DNA of 64,000 nt from Octopus sinensis (lineage: Eukaryota): positions 14,508,001-14,572,000 of the forward strand of contig NC_043002.1 of the NCBI RefSeq assembly GCF_006345805.1, read 5' to 3'. The first letter of the stretch is position 1. Every line of letters begins with the position of its first letter. Below are positions 49,430 through 63,985 of this stretch, one piece after another. The position numbers and the translations under genes were made by a program. Under the pieces are notes generated by a model. The model was given only the letters and a program-made list of their open reading frames with translations. It ran no database searches and was not told the DNA's origin.

Positions 49430-50228
49430 GGGGCAGAACTGTTTGTGTGGTAAGAAGCTTGCTTCCAAACCACATGGTTCCGGGTTCAGTCCCATTGAGT
49501 AGCACCCTGTGCAAGTATCTTCGACAATAGCCTCGCTCCGACTAAAGCCTTGTGAGTGGCTTTGGTCAACGGAAACTGAAAAAACCCGTCATATATATAT
49601 ATATATATATATATATAATCCGTTCTGTCTCTCTGTGTGTTTGTCTTCTAGGATCTCGGGCATCCTCCATCCGATTGTACTCATTTGATGTGTAGATACC
49701 GACGGTATCAGGGCGTGTATAAGTCTTGAAAAAAATTACAAAAATCGATCGATAAACAATGCGATCGATAAAGCCATTTTTCTTTGGAATAGAAAAAAAG
49801 TCTATCTTTATTTCTTCTTTTGCTGGTGTCTCAAATTTAGATTAAATCTGTGTTTCTCAAAAGGGAGGCCTATCGGACGTTCGGACAAATTGTTTTGAGA
49901 AAATTTGGTTTATATGTTTGAAAACTCAGCACCGTCCATTGTACGGCGGGGGGTGAGCGTTTTGCTTGTGTGTGTCTATATATATATATATGTGTGTGTG
50001 TGTGTATATATATGTGTGTGTGTGTGTTTATTTGTGTGTTTGTGCTTGTTCTACCTTCGCTCGACCACCGATGCTGGTGTGTTTATGTCTCCGTCACTTA
50101 GCGCTTCCGTAAAAGATCCCGATAAATTAAGTACTAGGCTTACAAAGAATAAATCCTGGGTCGATTTGATCGACTGAAGGAGTGCTCCAGAATGAATGAA
50201 ACAGGTAAAATAATAAAAGAATAAAAGA
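49430..50228 (+). mobile_element. Family-A SINE 5' part (49430-49590) and 3' part (50025-50228) separated by about 430 bp
   Basis: Homology to 1826-2257; the two pieces may be one split copy or two copies. Confidence 0.65.
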
Positions 50229-50344
50229 CTAATCGATCACAGCTTTTCACCGGTACCTAATAGTTGACAGGATAGTTGTAAGGATAGAGCCCAGTGCTTC
50301 ACTGGTACCTAACAGTTGTAAGGATAGTTGATACCTGGATAGTT

Positions 50345-51005
50345 GTAAGGCAAAGTCAACGTCGGCAGAATTTAAACTCAGAATGGAGCGGCAGACGAAA
50401 TACCGCTTGGCGAGCTAACGATTCTGCCAGCTCCCTGCCTTTGATGATATTAATATTTCTACTATAGGCACAAGATTTCAAATCTGGTGGAGGGAGATTT
50501 ATTGGCTCTTAATTCACCGACCCCGAAAAGATGAAAGGCATAGTCGACCTCGTCTGAATTCGAACTCGGAACGCAGTAGCAGACGAAATACTTATTTCTT
50601 TACTACCCACAAGGGGCTAAACACAGAGAGGACAAACAAGGACTGACAAACGGATTAAGTCGATTATATCGACCCCAGTGCGTAACTGGTACTTACTTAA
50701 TCGACCCCGAAAGGATGAAAGGCAAAGTCGACCTCGGCGGAATTTGAACTCAGACCGCAGCTGCAGATAAAATACCTATTTCTTTACTACCCACAAGGAG
50801 CTAAACACAGAGGGAACAAACAAGGACAGACAAACGGATTAAGTCGATTATATCGACCCCAGTGCGTAACTGGTACTTAATTAATCGACCCCCAAAGGAT
50901 GAAAGGCAAAGTCTACCTCGGCGGAATTTGAACTCAGATCGTAGCAGCAGACGAAATATTGCCAAGCATTTCGCTCGGCGTGCTAAAGATTCTGCTAGCT
51001 CGCCG
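50345..51005 (-). mobile_element. Family-B/C SINEs: head fragment 50345-50442 and a copy with two 184-bp units 50455-51005
   Basis: Junctions at 50590, 50774, 50958. Confidence 0.85.
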
Positions 51006-51862
51006 GTTTATATAATAATTATAATAATGATGATGATTATCAAAATAAAAAATCTCCCCAAGTTTTCAAAGACAACTATCACCACTATGGCCCCATGCAT
51101 GGAACAAAATAGAAAGAAGGAGAAGTGTAGAACATGTAGACAGAGTGGAGGAGAGATGTAGATTTGTAGAACTAGAGAGGTAGAACGAATGAATGTGGGG
51201 ATGTGTTAAAACTAAGTGTGGGTCTATATATCTTCGATGTGTGTAGTTTTAGTGGTATTGAATTTCATGTAAGTTTATTTCTAGCGGATAACTCTTGGGA
51301 TGAATCGAAATAGTTGCAACAAATTCAATATAACCTGCTTAACTTGTCAAAAGGAAGCCTTAATTATTCTTTACTTCTTGTATACATGCAGAAACTCTAA
51401 ATGTTCTTATCGATATTTAAACCAGCTTTACAGTAACAAAAGCCTGCGGTATGCTACCGACTATGGAGATCGATAAGCAAACATCACAACATACTCACAT
51501 GGACAGATTAGTTTAACATTACATTTCCTTCTTTGTAATTTACTACGATCGAATCAATGTCAACAAATTTACATTAAATTTTATGTATATACAGATTTTT
51601 TATGATTAAACTAGAAAAAAAAATACTCAATGTGTTTATGAAGATATAAAAGAAAGAGAACTGATGAAAGCAGCATCTTATCGACTGAATACATATGTTT
51701 GCGGTATTAAAAATATTAAAAAAAATAATTTCTTCAAGAAGCACACAAGCAAAATATTTACATATCCGTCTCATCTCGTTAGTTTCTCAAATATTTTATT
51801 CTTTTAATGCCTTACATATATGTATGTATGCATATTGATATATGTATATAGATATATATACA

Positions 51863-51917
<55 letters not shown>

Positions 51918-51980
51918 ATATATACATATATGTGTGTGTATATTTATGTATATATATATACATATGTATATATATACATA

Positions 51981-52035
<55 letters not shown>

Positions 52036-53203
52036 TATTGTTTAGCCAATAAATTAGCTTGTATGCTGAATTAATTTCACTTTGAGAGAAAAAAATGTCT
52101 GCTGTAAAACTTCAACAGATGTCAATGATAATATAATCATCAATTTGCATATCTTGAAACGAGTGAAAAAGAAGTTTTCCAGCAATTGAAGTCAATATTT
52201 AAAGAAACAGTGATTTATGTTGCAGACTGATGTTTATTGACCATATATAACACGAAATAACAGAGCTGTTAATCTTGTGAAAAACTGAATATCGACTTTG
52301 AATTTGACTTGTGAAATTTAAGCATCTTATGTTTTCGTAATTAGTCCAATGCTAGCATTAGTCATTTAAATAAATATCGTAAACATCATAATATCTTCTA
52401 ATTATTTGTTTCTGAAATATAACTATTTTCTACAATAATTATTTTGCATTATATAGTTTAAACGCTGTTGTATCTGCCATGATTCGATTGTGTATTCAAT
52501 GGAACACTTCTTGACTCAAGTTCCATTTCTTTTTAAAAGAACTACTATAGATTATATCCAATAATGCTCTGAGAAATAAAATACAACACACACACGCCAT
52601 GCACACGCAAACACACACGTGCCCTCCCTCACACATATTTGTCAACAAGTTTACTCAACTTTTTGGTTGAGTATATATTTGTGTTACACATGCGAAATGT
52701 GAATAAAACATGTCACATAAAACGTAGGTTATACGAATAAAACACATGTTTGCATAATTTGTTTCGAAATAATGAATAACATGATATTCCTAGTAACACA
52801 CATAATGACATGGAATCTGTAGAATAAATCTCATCGCTTTAGTGGTCGAACCTGATGAACATACGAAATGATGAACCACGAAAGAACTGGCTGTATACCG
52901 ACCATTTGTCATCTGATCTTGCAAAATGCCTATCTTGTATAAATCCTTATACCATCAAAACTACATGGGTGATAACGCTAAATATATCCTTAGTAAATTC
53001 GTGTATGATTTGAAATTAATCTTGACTATAATATGCCAGACGATTTGGCAACTCATTCTATAAAAGCACTACTACTGAAACCTGTTAAAATATTTAGCTC
53101 TTTCCAAGCTCCTGAATTGACTAATATAATTGTAACTATGTTCCATCAATTAGATTGTAGATGGAAACATTCCGCGGTGGCATTGCACAATAGATGATGT
53201 TTT

Positions 53204-53256
<53 letters not shown>

Positions 53257-53355
53257 CTAGAAATATATATATGTAGATATGTACATTCATGCATATATAC
53301 TGTTACACACAGAGGGATACACACAGACATACATATATATATATATATGGAATAC

Positions 53356-53429
<74 letters not shown>

Positions 53430-54084
53430 AGGTGTATTCCGTCAGGAGAGTAGTAGAGTGCAAATAGCCAGTAGTATTCAACAATGACCCTAAAATGAGA
53501 TTAATATGTCGATCAAACTTGGATATTGGACGTATAAGTAGAAACATGATAGAGATATTAATACCCGTACCGAAAACTAAGATTGGATTTTCATTGCGGC
53601 CCTGCACTCAGGTGGTTATAGGATGGTTTATGAGAGTAGAACAAAACTAAAAGATACAAATTTACCTGTATACCAGGAAGAGTAATATTTTACTAGAATA
53701 TCTAACCAATGTTGTTACAATCGGTCTATTAGCCTCGGCAAGATTCGTACGTGCAATAGAATGATTTGCGTTCATCACCGCATCACATACACATATCCAG
53801 AAAATCTAATTAACATAGTATTGTAATCACACAGGCAAACAAACACACACATACATACAAACACAGTACACGCACACACATGCATATACATAAGCATATA
53901 TACACATATATGCGTGTGTGTGTGTGCACATAAATGTTAGTGTAAATCTGTTTAGACATGTATAAATATATAAATACACACACACAATATATATATATAT
54001 ATATTTTTATATATTTATGTATATATAATATAAATATATACATATATATTTGTGTATATACATGTGCATATATATATATAACTA

Positions 54085-54133
<49 letters not shown>

Positions 54134-54141
54134 GTATTCTT

Positions 54142-54175
<34 letters not shown>

Positions 54176-55090
54176 ACTACATCTCGGTATGCATATATGT
54201 ATGTATGTATGTATATATGTATCTATCTATCAATCTATCTATCTATCTCTCTCTCTATATATATAAATATGTATGTATGTGTATATGTATATACATACGC
54301 AGACACTTTATATATCTATGTGTGTGTGTGCATATATATATGACAAGAGAAATAGGGAAAGAAAGAGTGAGATAGAGACAGAGATAGGAAGAAACTGAGA
54401 GTGACGTAGTGTATATTTTATCTTAATATGCAAAATGATCTCACATGTAAACATTAAGTGCACAATTTGAAGTATAGTTAAAACTTCTTAGTTGATTATT
54501 TAAACATCGACAATGCATCACTTAAAATGTATATGTAGACATTATTATCCATTATAAGAGAGAACTATAGATTTCTCTGTCTAGTTGCATATCTCAAAGT
54601 CAGAATAATAGTAATATATAAATGTCTACTGGTTCATTACAACATTAGGACAATATATTATTGTATCTCATTTCTTATCCTATTACATATCAATACTGAA
54701 TGAAGCACAAAAGAAAATTATCGCAACATCGTTCGTTGTAATGTTCTAGATAGAAACGATTCTTCTAAGAGAGATATATATCCTGATTTTGCTGAATGTA
54801 TGAAGTGTTAGCGGTATGTGAATGTTCTCTGTATCGCTTTGAATAAATCTTCATGAGATATCAAATAAATCAATGGGTGTGCTTACGCAATACTTCTCCG
54901 AGAAGATAGCAGGAACACATCTTCGTAGTAATCCGGTCTGTTAGAAATAGCAGACAGGTATCTTTCTATCACACCTAGCCATTTTTATATTAGAAAAATA
55001 TTCAAAGAATGAAGAATCGGAAGAACTTTTGTAGTTCTAAATACATTGTGCATGAAAATAAGATGGAATATTGGCAACTGGAAATATATC

Positions 55091-55323
55091 TATTTCTTTA
55101 CTACCCAAAAGGGGCTAAACACAGAGAGGACAAACGAGGACAGACAAACGGATTAAGTCGATTATATCGACCTCAGCGCGTAACTGGTACTTATTTAATC
55201 GACCCCGAAAGGATGAAAGGCAAAGTCGACCTCGGCGGAATTGGAACTCAGAACGTATCGGCAGACGAAATACCGCAAAACATTTCGCCCGGCGTGCTAA
55301 CGTTTGTGCCAGCTCGCCGCCTT
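55091..55323 (-). mobile_element. Family-B SINE with 13-bp TSD
   Basis: CTGGAAATAT(A/G)TC at 55078-55090 and 55329-55341. Confidence 0.88.
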
Positions 55324-55524
55324 CACATCTGGAAATATGTCGATAACAAAGAATCGTTTACTTCATACTCGCGCTTATGCAGCAATCTCATAAATTTTAA
55401 CAAGTCCCTATAATTTTAGTGGTCCGTGCACTTAGGGCCAGTCCTTCAAATATATATTGCTAATAGCTCTACGACCCCCACCCCCCAAAAAAAACAGCAA
55501 GCCGCATGCCAACGGATGCAGGCG

Positions 55525-56510
55525 TAGTTAAGGCGTTTGACTCTGTGGAGAGGGAGGATTCTTTCTGGAGCTACCAAATATAGCAGCCCGATTGGTTAGG
55601 CTGATAGCTGATTTGTATACTGGAACATTGAGTGAAGTTCGCAAAAGGGGGGGGGGTCTGAACATCTGTCTTTTTCCTTATTTGGTCTGGGGTCTTAACA
55701 TATTTTGTCCCCGACCAATTTCAATTTCTACATGACCCGATTATTTGGCGGGATGGTGGTTCGATGAAATTGTGGAGTACTCATTATTAAAACTAAGATT
55801 ACTGACCTGGATTTTGATGATTATTAGATTTATCATGCTGAGTCTCTGGATGTCTTCAGGGGTGCTATAACTTCGCTAAGTGAGGAAGCGGAACTAATTC
55901 GCTTTAGAGTCTTTTTGTTTGTTATTGTTTTGGCAAAGACAAAGATCCAGTCTTTTGTTGGCTTCTTGGTGGATGCCAAATCGTTTGAACATGTGGGTGA
56001 GAATGACAGAGTTTCTGGCCGCTTCTCTATTCCTGCTAGTGTGATCCATAGCAGTATTAGTTGTGGAATGGTGGCTGGATCGAATTGTGGAGCTCTCATT
56101 GGTGAAACTAGGATTATTGACCCGGATTTTAAGGATGGTGCAGTTAATCATGTGCAGGTGCAGTTGTGGACTCATCCGGGTCTTCAGTTCTCTTCCTCAA
56201 GGGACCCTTGAATTTCCCTTCTTACCAGAATGCTTCGCAGAATTATGGCACACTTTTGGTCGGATACCATATATAATCAACGATTTTAATCTGAAACTAT
56301 TGCGTGTTGCTAGCATGATCCGGGAGCCTCAGAACGGAGCGTTTAGTCACGTGGATCGATTTCCCTTGTTGGACCCTATCAACAGTGTCACTTCTCTGAG
56401 GATCCGACTGGGACACTGCTAGGTAGGTCGCCCAGGACGGCACAATCAAAAACCGACAATTTGTGGAGGCAGCGATGCGCCGCCGTCGCACATGCACCCA
56501 TTTCTGGTCC
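55525..56510 (+). pseudogene. Old RTE-clade (Expander/Rex3-like) LINE remnant, RT to C-terminus
   Basis: Degenerate motifs in order: KAFDSV; RLIADLYTGTLSEVR; SGV..ILSPT.FNFYM; KITDLDFDD..AESLDVFRGAITSLSEEAE..KTKIQSF; LRRIMAHFWSD; MIRE.Q..F.HVDRFP..DP; GRP; VEAAMRR. Confidence 0.75.
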
Positions 56511-57944
56511 ACCATGCCAGGAAGCATTTTATATAAACACGCGATTCCCTTGTTTGATGCAATATCTTTTAAATTGTGATAAGAATGACTAAGTACTAGA
56601 GCTTTCGTAATTAGGGGATTTTGTATTTAGCAAATGATGCGGAGCGGCTTAAGAACGAAAGTAGCTTTACGTATTGCCATAATTTGCTTATACATATCAT
56701 GTTTTCAGGCTTTCGTTGCAATGATGTTGTGTGGTAAGTATCTTCGCCATTTAAGCTGTGTTTTTTTTTAATAGAGTTTTGATATAGAGCAATATAATCC
56801 AAAGGTGTTACCCAAAAAGAGAAATGTAGTCTCCTTGATATCATATAAGGGTTTGAATAGTGACTTGTTCCCTGTAATGTGTATTAAAAATAACTGTATT
56901 TCTTTATGAAATGTAAAATATTCAGGGTGCAGGGTTCGGCAGAAAGGTTGCCTCGATTTCAAAAGTTGATAAAAAACAAACACATGAAGATACTAGAAAA
57001 AACGATGTTCTCCACTCCATGTAATCTTGGGTACAATCTGAAACAAAAACCAAGATTGATATTTAATGAACTTCAGGGAAATATAAAATGTGTCCATGCA
57101 TCTTTATGTTTTTTGGTTTTTATTAACCTTTAAAATCGGGGAAACCTTTCTGCCGTATCTTGTATATCAGAAAGTTCCACTTTTCCTTTCTGATAACTAG
57201 ATCTTCGTAATCAAAGTCAATCGTCTTCTAACCGAGTTCTGTCTATTTGCGTAGAATCCATTTTCTCAGAAGACTTGATTATCTGCAGCAATTTATATTA
57301 ATGAGACTCTAAGAGTCTCCTATAATCATACACTGAACTGTATGCTGAGTTGTGTGTGTTCGTGAACTGTACAATCTTTATAAGCAATAAAAACATGAAT
57401 CTGTTCATCGTCGAAATAATGAAATGACTAAAGATTATTTCAGTTCCGAAAGACTTATATGATTTAAATTGCAGCGATGTTGTTTCTAAAGCTAAATATA
57501 CGACCCAATACAGAAATTCCTGATGTCACGTCACTCGTTAACACTTTAAATCTAGGTTGCTGAAACATCCGTAGTAAATTTGGTTTGACCCGTTATGAAA
57601 TGTATTTTAGCCATTGCCACTCCATCTGTTTAGAAGTATATACGAATTGTTGATCTAATGTGATCCTCAAAGAATGATGAGGATGCTTAACATGACCTAG
57701 ATTGTTTCTGTTGTGAAGTCATCTCAGTAGGTATATAGTTCACACTCTACTTATTAATGTATAGAAAATGATGTTTCACTAGCAGCATATTATTTTCTTT
57801 TCATTTTAGTTTTACGATATAATTTCTATTGTATTTGTTGAATTATAAGGGGAATTACGTCTATATTGGTTTGATTGAATAATCAATATAATATGTGGTT
57901 TTCATAGAAAAACATATTTTATCATAAAGGATATTAAGTCAGAG

Positions 57945-58140
57945 ATCTGGCAGAGTGGTTAGCACGACAGACAAAAGACTTAGAGGCCTTTCTTCCAACT
58001 TAATGTTCTGAGTTTAATTTTCGCCTTTCATCCTCTCCGGGGTCGATACAATAAAGTACCAGCTGAGCACTGAGTTTAATCTAATTTACAATTAGCTTTC
58101 CACTAAAATTTCAGGCCTTATTTCTATAGTAGAAAGGATT
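57945..58140 (+). mobile_element. Degenerate family-B/C SINE
   Basis: GATCTGGCAGAGTGGTTAGCACG...GCCTTTCATCCTCTCCGGGGTCGATA...ATAGTAGAAAGGATT. Confidence 0.65.
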
Positions 58141-59140
58141 CTAAAAGAGAAAAAGGCACTCGTTACGCTAAAGCGTTTACGTTGATGAATATTTTAGCCT
58201 AATCGCTTACGCATGCGCTTGAAAAAATGACTATTCGCATCATATTTAGTACTACAAATCTTTACACGCTCTGCATGAACATGCACGACATTTAGATTTT
58301 TCAATACCAGGTCAGTCTATATCCTGCAGACATATAATGATTTTAAAAAAGCCATCACGAACTCGTAGTCATTGAGTTCTGTTGTGTCGACACCCCCAGA
58401 CGATGAAGTAGGCTAGCCCGATACGTAGATATAGGGGGAGAAGTCTAGACCTCCTCGAAGAGTTGAATAGAGGTCATTCGAACGTGCGATATAACAGTGG
58501 CAACGAGGATTTCGTAGCTCACACAGCCACTGTGTAGTATTGCGATATAACAAGATCTATTGTAACCGTGTTCACGTTCTACTTTCAAGATGGTAATTGA
58601 GGTTTAGCAGGTTTAACGGACATTTTTGACCAAATATGCGACCATGATGTGCGGACATTTGAGTGTGAACTATTTGAAAACAAAAGAAAATCATGGAGAA
58701 TAAATTTTTAATCGTGTTTATTATTTTCAAACAGAAGTTTCTCTTGCAATTCGTATAACTTGATAGGCGAATTCAATGTCTTTATTACTGTTCATTTTTT
58801 TAAGCATAACTCGTATGTATAAACATTCGTTCACGACAGTTAATTTCTTATGCCTCGAAGTTTCTAAATTTCTTTCACGTAAACAACATACAGTCCTGTC
58901 GGTAAGAATGAAGCTTCTAAAATGGATGGAGTAACTCGAAGGATTATTTTTGTTCAAAGATAGATCATCTGTCAGGTTTACATATGTTGGTACCTCAAAG
59001 GCAGGCTTCAAATTTTTTCCATACAAGGTGCTTTTTTATATACAATGTTCACAGGATTTTTATCTATAATTTTATCTGCTTCGATTTTCACTGTTAAAGA
59101 TGATTACATCCCCAACTTTCTAAATCCGTACAATATTTAC

Positions 59141-59173
<33 letters not shown>

Positions 59174-59526
59174 TGTATGTATGTATGTATGTATGTATGT
59201 ATGTATCTAAGTATGTGTGTGCGCGCGTGCGTGCTTTCGTGTGTACATATATACATTCTCAAAATTTCAGTATTCTAATTCTTCATTGGAATTTTTGAAC
59301 TTTTGACTTTGAAATACGATTTCAGTTGTCTGTAATTTTGATAGGATTTACAAGTTTACTGTTGAATATTTATCACATCTGTCAAAGAAATGTGTCCTTT
59401 GGATAAACATAAACGAGAAAATGAACCAGACGCTATTGAAAAGAATAATTTAGAGACAAACCTCAATTTCGTATAGTATTTACCTACGAGGCTGTTCTTT
59501 GTCTCATCTTAGGGAAATCTAATATC

Positions 59527-59737
59527 TACCTACCTACCTACCTACCTACCTACCTACCTACCTACCTACCTACCTACCTACCTACCTCCTACATTCCTTC
59601 CTACCTACCTACCTACCTACCTACCTCCTACATTCCTTCCTACCTACCTACCTACCTACCTACATATATACATACATACATTCATATATACATACATACA
59701 TACATACATACATACATACATACATACATACATACAT
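59527..59737. repeat. (CTAC)n then (CATA)n microsatellites
   Basis: Direct inspection. Confidence 0.95.
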
Positions 59738-61633
59738 GTATGATGGCTGTAACCTGTATTTGAGTATTGCCCACGCCTGTTCGAAAGTTCCACACATGTG
59801 AAGGGTACGACCAGCCATTCTTGTGATAGGTCTTACTATTTTTTTTTTTTAAGCGATACCTGTGGATAGAATTTGCACACTTGCAATCTCACTCTTTGAA
59901 CATGATAACATAAACTTGAAAAGAAGAACTGGTCTACATTGTCGAATATTATCAGCGTCGTAGGTTTTCTCTCCGAGATTTCCTCTCCTAGACAGACGTT
60001 GTGACAACAAAAGAAAGGCCTCCTATTCGCAATGGACCAACAGCACGCCTGTTCACCGACCCAGGTATGTCCCTGCGCATACATACATTCATACACACAC
60101 ATGTACACATATTGTTGGGTGACCGTTAATTGCTCATGAGCTCTTCAGCACTTCAACAGTCGTTCCAAGGTGCTACTGGTGACATGTAACCCAGTACAAC
60201 CTGTTGCATGTTCGGGTCATCGGTGACTAAACTGGTAACTCGAAGTTATCTTGGTGAGAAAGGTGTTTGTTGGACATTCTGAAGGACGAAAAATAAGATA
60301 TACATACACACATACATATATCATACATATATACACACATGTATATGACTTCAAAAGTTCAAGTTTCTTTGAAATCTATAAATTAATTGCATAATTGTAT
60401 TGCGTTTATTTGCGTTTAATTCACGTACATATTCAATAGTTTGATTATTCCAAGTTTTAATACACTATTGTCTGGTACACGTTTCTGAAACAAACAAAAA
60501 AAAACTTTAAAACACTTAAGATTACTTTGGACTTATCCTGTTACTCTTTATAACCCAATGGACCAAATTTTTGTAGTAAATGCACGGTAGCTCAAACGTA
60601 CGTAGATTTCTTTTTCATTTTCTTTGCTTCACTTTCGTACTTCTACTACAAGACCAATTAATATTTTCCTCAAAATACATTGACGTATACGATTGGAATT
60701 GCACAAATCAAAACTTTTATGCAGAAGTTTTCACTTCAGGAAATCAGCGGATGCGAACGGCCGGCACGTCATTGTTTTCATGGGACAAGCAAAAAAAAAC
60801 GTGATATGTTGTGCTTCATATTTTCGTTCGTGGCGCAAAGGATAACGCAAAGATTTTCAGATTTCTTGTGTCGGTATCCAAACATGATTCACATGCAATA
60901 TATAACAACCCATAGACATTCCGATCCGAAGTAATACAGGAAGTAAAACATAGTAATGTGATTAAATGGAAGATAAAGTACAGATTCTACTTGATACAAG
61001 ATTCATGGAAATTATTGTCAATGATAAAGTGAAAGATAACTTAAAAGTATCAGCTCCTCATAACACGCAATCTTATTTGTATTTTATCGTGAACCACGCG
61101 AACCACTACAACAAGTATCCGAAATCAATTGTTATCGTCATTGATTGGCTCAATGCATATGATATGTCCCATTATATCACGCCATATTAGAAAATCTTTT
61201 AGAATGCAATAGCCAAGCACAGCATATATTATAAGAATCTCTTTCTCAGTGTGAGTATAGATATTCAATCAAATTTGTTTACACACATACATACAAAGAC
61301 ACATACATATACACACTGGCACACACATGCACATGCAGCTTCTTAGTTCTTGAATATGAATATGTGTGTGTATACATAAATCAATCCATCCATTGCTTAC
61401 TTATATATTCTCACAATTGCTGTATCTATTTTCCCTATTTGTTAATGCTTACGTATACATAAGATAGATATGCATATATGTATATGTGTGTGTGTGAGTG
61501 TGTGTATGTATATATATATATACACATATATATATATATATACACATATATATATACATATATATATATACACATATATATATACATATATACATATATA
61601 CATAATTGCACACACACAAATATAAATATTTAT

Positions 61634-61669
<36 letters not shown>

Positions 61670-61870
61670 AAAAGCTTTTATTGTAATATATAAAAGAGAG
61701 TTTCTCTCTTTGTGTGAGTGTGTGTGTGTGGGGGGGGGGGGCGTATGTTCTTTATGGATTCGAAAACCGAGTTGCCTATTTTGACGTATGAGGTACCAAA
61801 ATAAATATTCAGTAGTCTTCCGGCTACCAAATAGACTATGTTGTTTTGCACAACAAATCTTTTTTATTAG

Positions 61871-61891
61871 AAAAAGAACCTGGAAAACGAG
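61871..61891 (+). CDS. Candidate 21-nt microexon of an unidentified gene
   Basis: AAATCTTTTTTATTAG|AAAAAGAACCTGGAAAACGAG|GTAGGA; all three frames open; splice-signal evidence only. Confidence 0.25.
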
Positions 61892-63221
61892 GTAGGATCG
61901 CACGATTTTGAGGTCTTTAAATAATGGAAGCAACTCTGCCACGACAATCTTCTTCAATACAAGAGCTAACAATAAATGTAAACACACATATACTCACTCA
62001 TATTAGGTTGAAGAATGATTGTGTGGTTGAGAAGTTTTCTTCCCAAACACATGGTTGAACGTTCAGTTCCTCTGCATGGTGTCTTTGGCGTCGTTGTTGA
62101 TCGTCTAGTTTCAGTGGATGTGTTCCACTGAATGCATATAAATCTTCGAGCAGACAGTCAACAGCGACGCCTAGTGGGTTGGACTACCCCACACTGATAA
62201 AGGGCAAATAACCTGAAACTAGTCTGCATGTCTGAACTAGCATGGGGAAGCGATGACTTTCCCTTTTCGAAGATTGTAATGGATACAGGCTTGTGTGCCA
62301 CATAGCTAGCCAAGGTGATGTCCTCTTGGAGCCAAGCAACGGTAGCATTCGTCCTATTATTCTGGACTGCCATGTTAGCTTGGCGATAAATATTAATATC
62401 CAGTACTGCTGCCGTAATCTTCTTTAGAGAGAGATTTAGAAAATAAAAATGAAATTATAAAAAATAATTATTATATATATATACATTGATGTATTTGTGT
62501 GCTTGTGTTTAGGCATAAAATTATGTGTATGCATCCAGAAAAAAAAAGCTAGAATATTAATAGAAGAAATCGAGTGCGAGAGGAATTATGAACCATATTA
62601 GGACATCGCAATATCGTTTGAAAGATGATATATCATAGCAATTTCACACATCTATATACTTGTCACATCAATTATGTATTTCTTTTTTAATGTAAACTCA
62701 TCAATTTTATTCCTACCATGTAGACAGTTATATTCGATTTCACACTTCATACCATAAGCTATGAGACAGAAATAACTTGTTAACTTTCTCCCTTCTGAAA
62801 TCATTGGAAGACTAGAAAGCCTTGAATACAGAATAGGCAGAAGTTGTCTAATTTGTAATTCGCAATATATTGCGTTGGTGGCCAAAACAATATACGATTT
62901 CTGTCTAATGAAAATCATTCTAATGGCAAACATTATTGCAATTCCATGCCGCTGGGAATGCTAAATGGTGAAGAACCTTACTTCATTTAGTATGTAAATA
63001 TCGTATAACATATAAAAATATATCAAGCACTCTGTTATCGACCCACAAACAGATTACAATCATAACATATAGGACTTGCATTTACTGTAGTACCGTTGAT
63101 GTGAGGCGAGCCAAGCAGGGTATGCACATAAGTTGAAGTGCAGTAGGGAAAAAAATTGGAATCTATAATCGTCGTAATCAAGGGAAAAGCATAGCATGAA
63201 CCGGAGAACACTTACATTCAG

Positions 63222-63374
63222 TCACCTGGATTAATTCTCCCAATAATATTTGTCAAAACACCTGAGAGTAATAGAATAATACCCTGCAATTCAACACATG
63301 TACAGGAAGAAGATAAGCTACACAGAGAGGATAAACGAGCTGGGCATGTAGTCACTGGAAAACAGACGCCAAAG
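63222..63374 (+). CDS. Candidate internal exon (153 nt, or 69 nt from 63306) of an unidentified gene
   Basis: Open phase-0 frame ...QEEDKLHREDKRAGHVVTGKQTPK ending at a strong donor AAG|GTATGG; no recognised homology. Confidence 0.3.
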
Positions 63375-63450
63375 GTATGGGGTGTTGAATGTTTGTGTGA
63401 ACATGTACATACATACAAAAACACGTGCACAGACTCCTACACACAGACAC

Positions 63451-63493
<43 letters not shown>

Positions 63494-63518
63494 AAACGTG
63501 TGTATATATATATATATC

Positions 63519-63551
<33 letters not shown>

Positions 63552-63838
63552 TATATATATGTATATAAAATGTGTGTATATATATATATATATATATCAA
63601 TAATAATAAAGGGTAAACTTAATTAATCAATTTATAACTAATAATTTTACCAAGTAGTTCGGTATGTTAAAAGAACCGTTATCGGTAACCTTATACAATT
63701 TTTTTATAATTATAAGCATAATAATAATTAGCCGTTCAGCAAAGCTGCTTCACCACATGCCCAAATTAGAAGTAACATTTAAATACTATTCTACTACCAT
63801 AAGATATCTCCCAGACAGGAATACTCCCATTTGACGTA

Positions 63839-63985
63839 GGCAAAGGCGCAGACGTAGCTGTATGATAAGAAGCTTGCTTCCCATGGTTCTGGGTTCAGTC
63901 CCACTGCGTGGCACCTCGGGCCGGCCAGGCCTTGTGAGAGTATTTGGTAGACGGAAACAGAAAAAAGCGCGTCGTATGTATATAT
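63839..63985 (+). mobile_element. Family-A SINE 5' part
   Basis: AAAGGCGCAGACGTAGCTGTATGATAAGAAGCTTGCTTCC...GGTAGACGGAAACAG. Confidence 0.78.

Noticed and set aside
52858-52900. CTGATGA...CGAAA hammerhead-like spacing (also CTGATGA at about 13488, GAAACGTC at about 36070)
   Set aside because: No pairable stem II/III/I or the second box is missing
58340-58720. GC-richer unique block possibly coding or a mariner 5' end
   Set aside because: All frames are interrupted and no TIR or transposase motif could be verified
60738-60845. KSADANGRHVIVFMG resembling a CRAL-TRIO/BCH motif after a good acceptor
   Set aside because: Similarity is too short, there is no convincing donor and the frame soon ends
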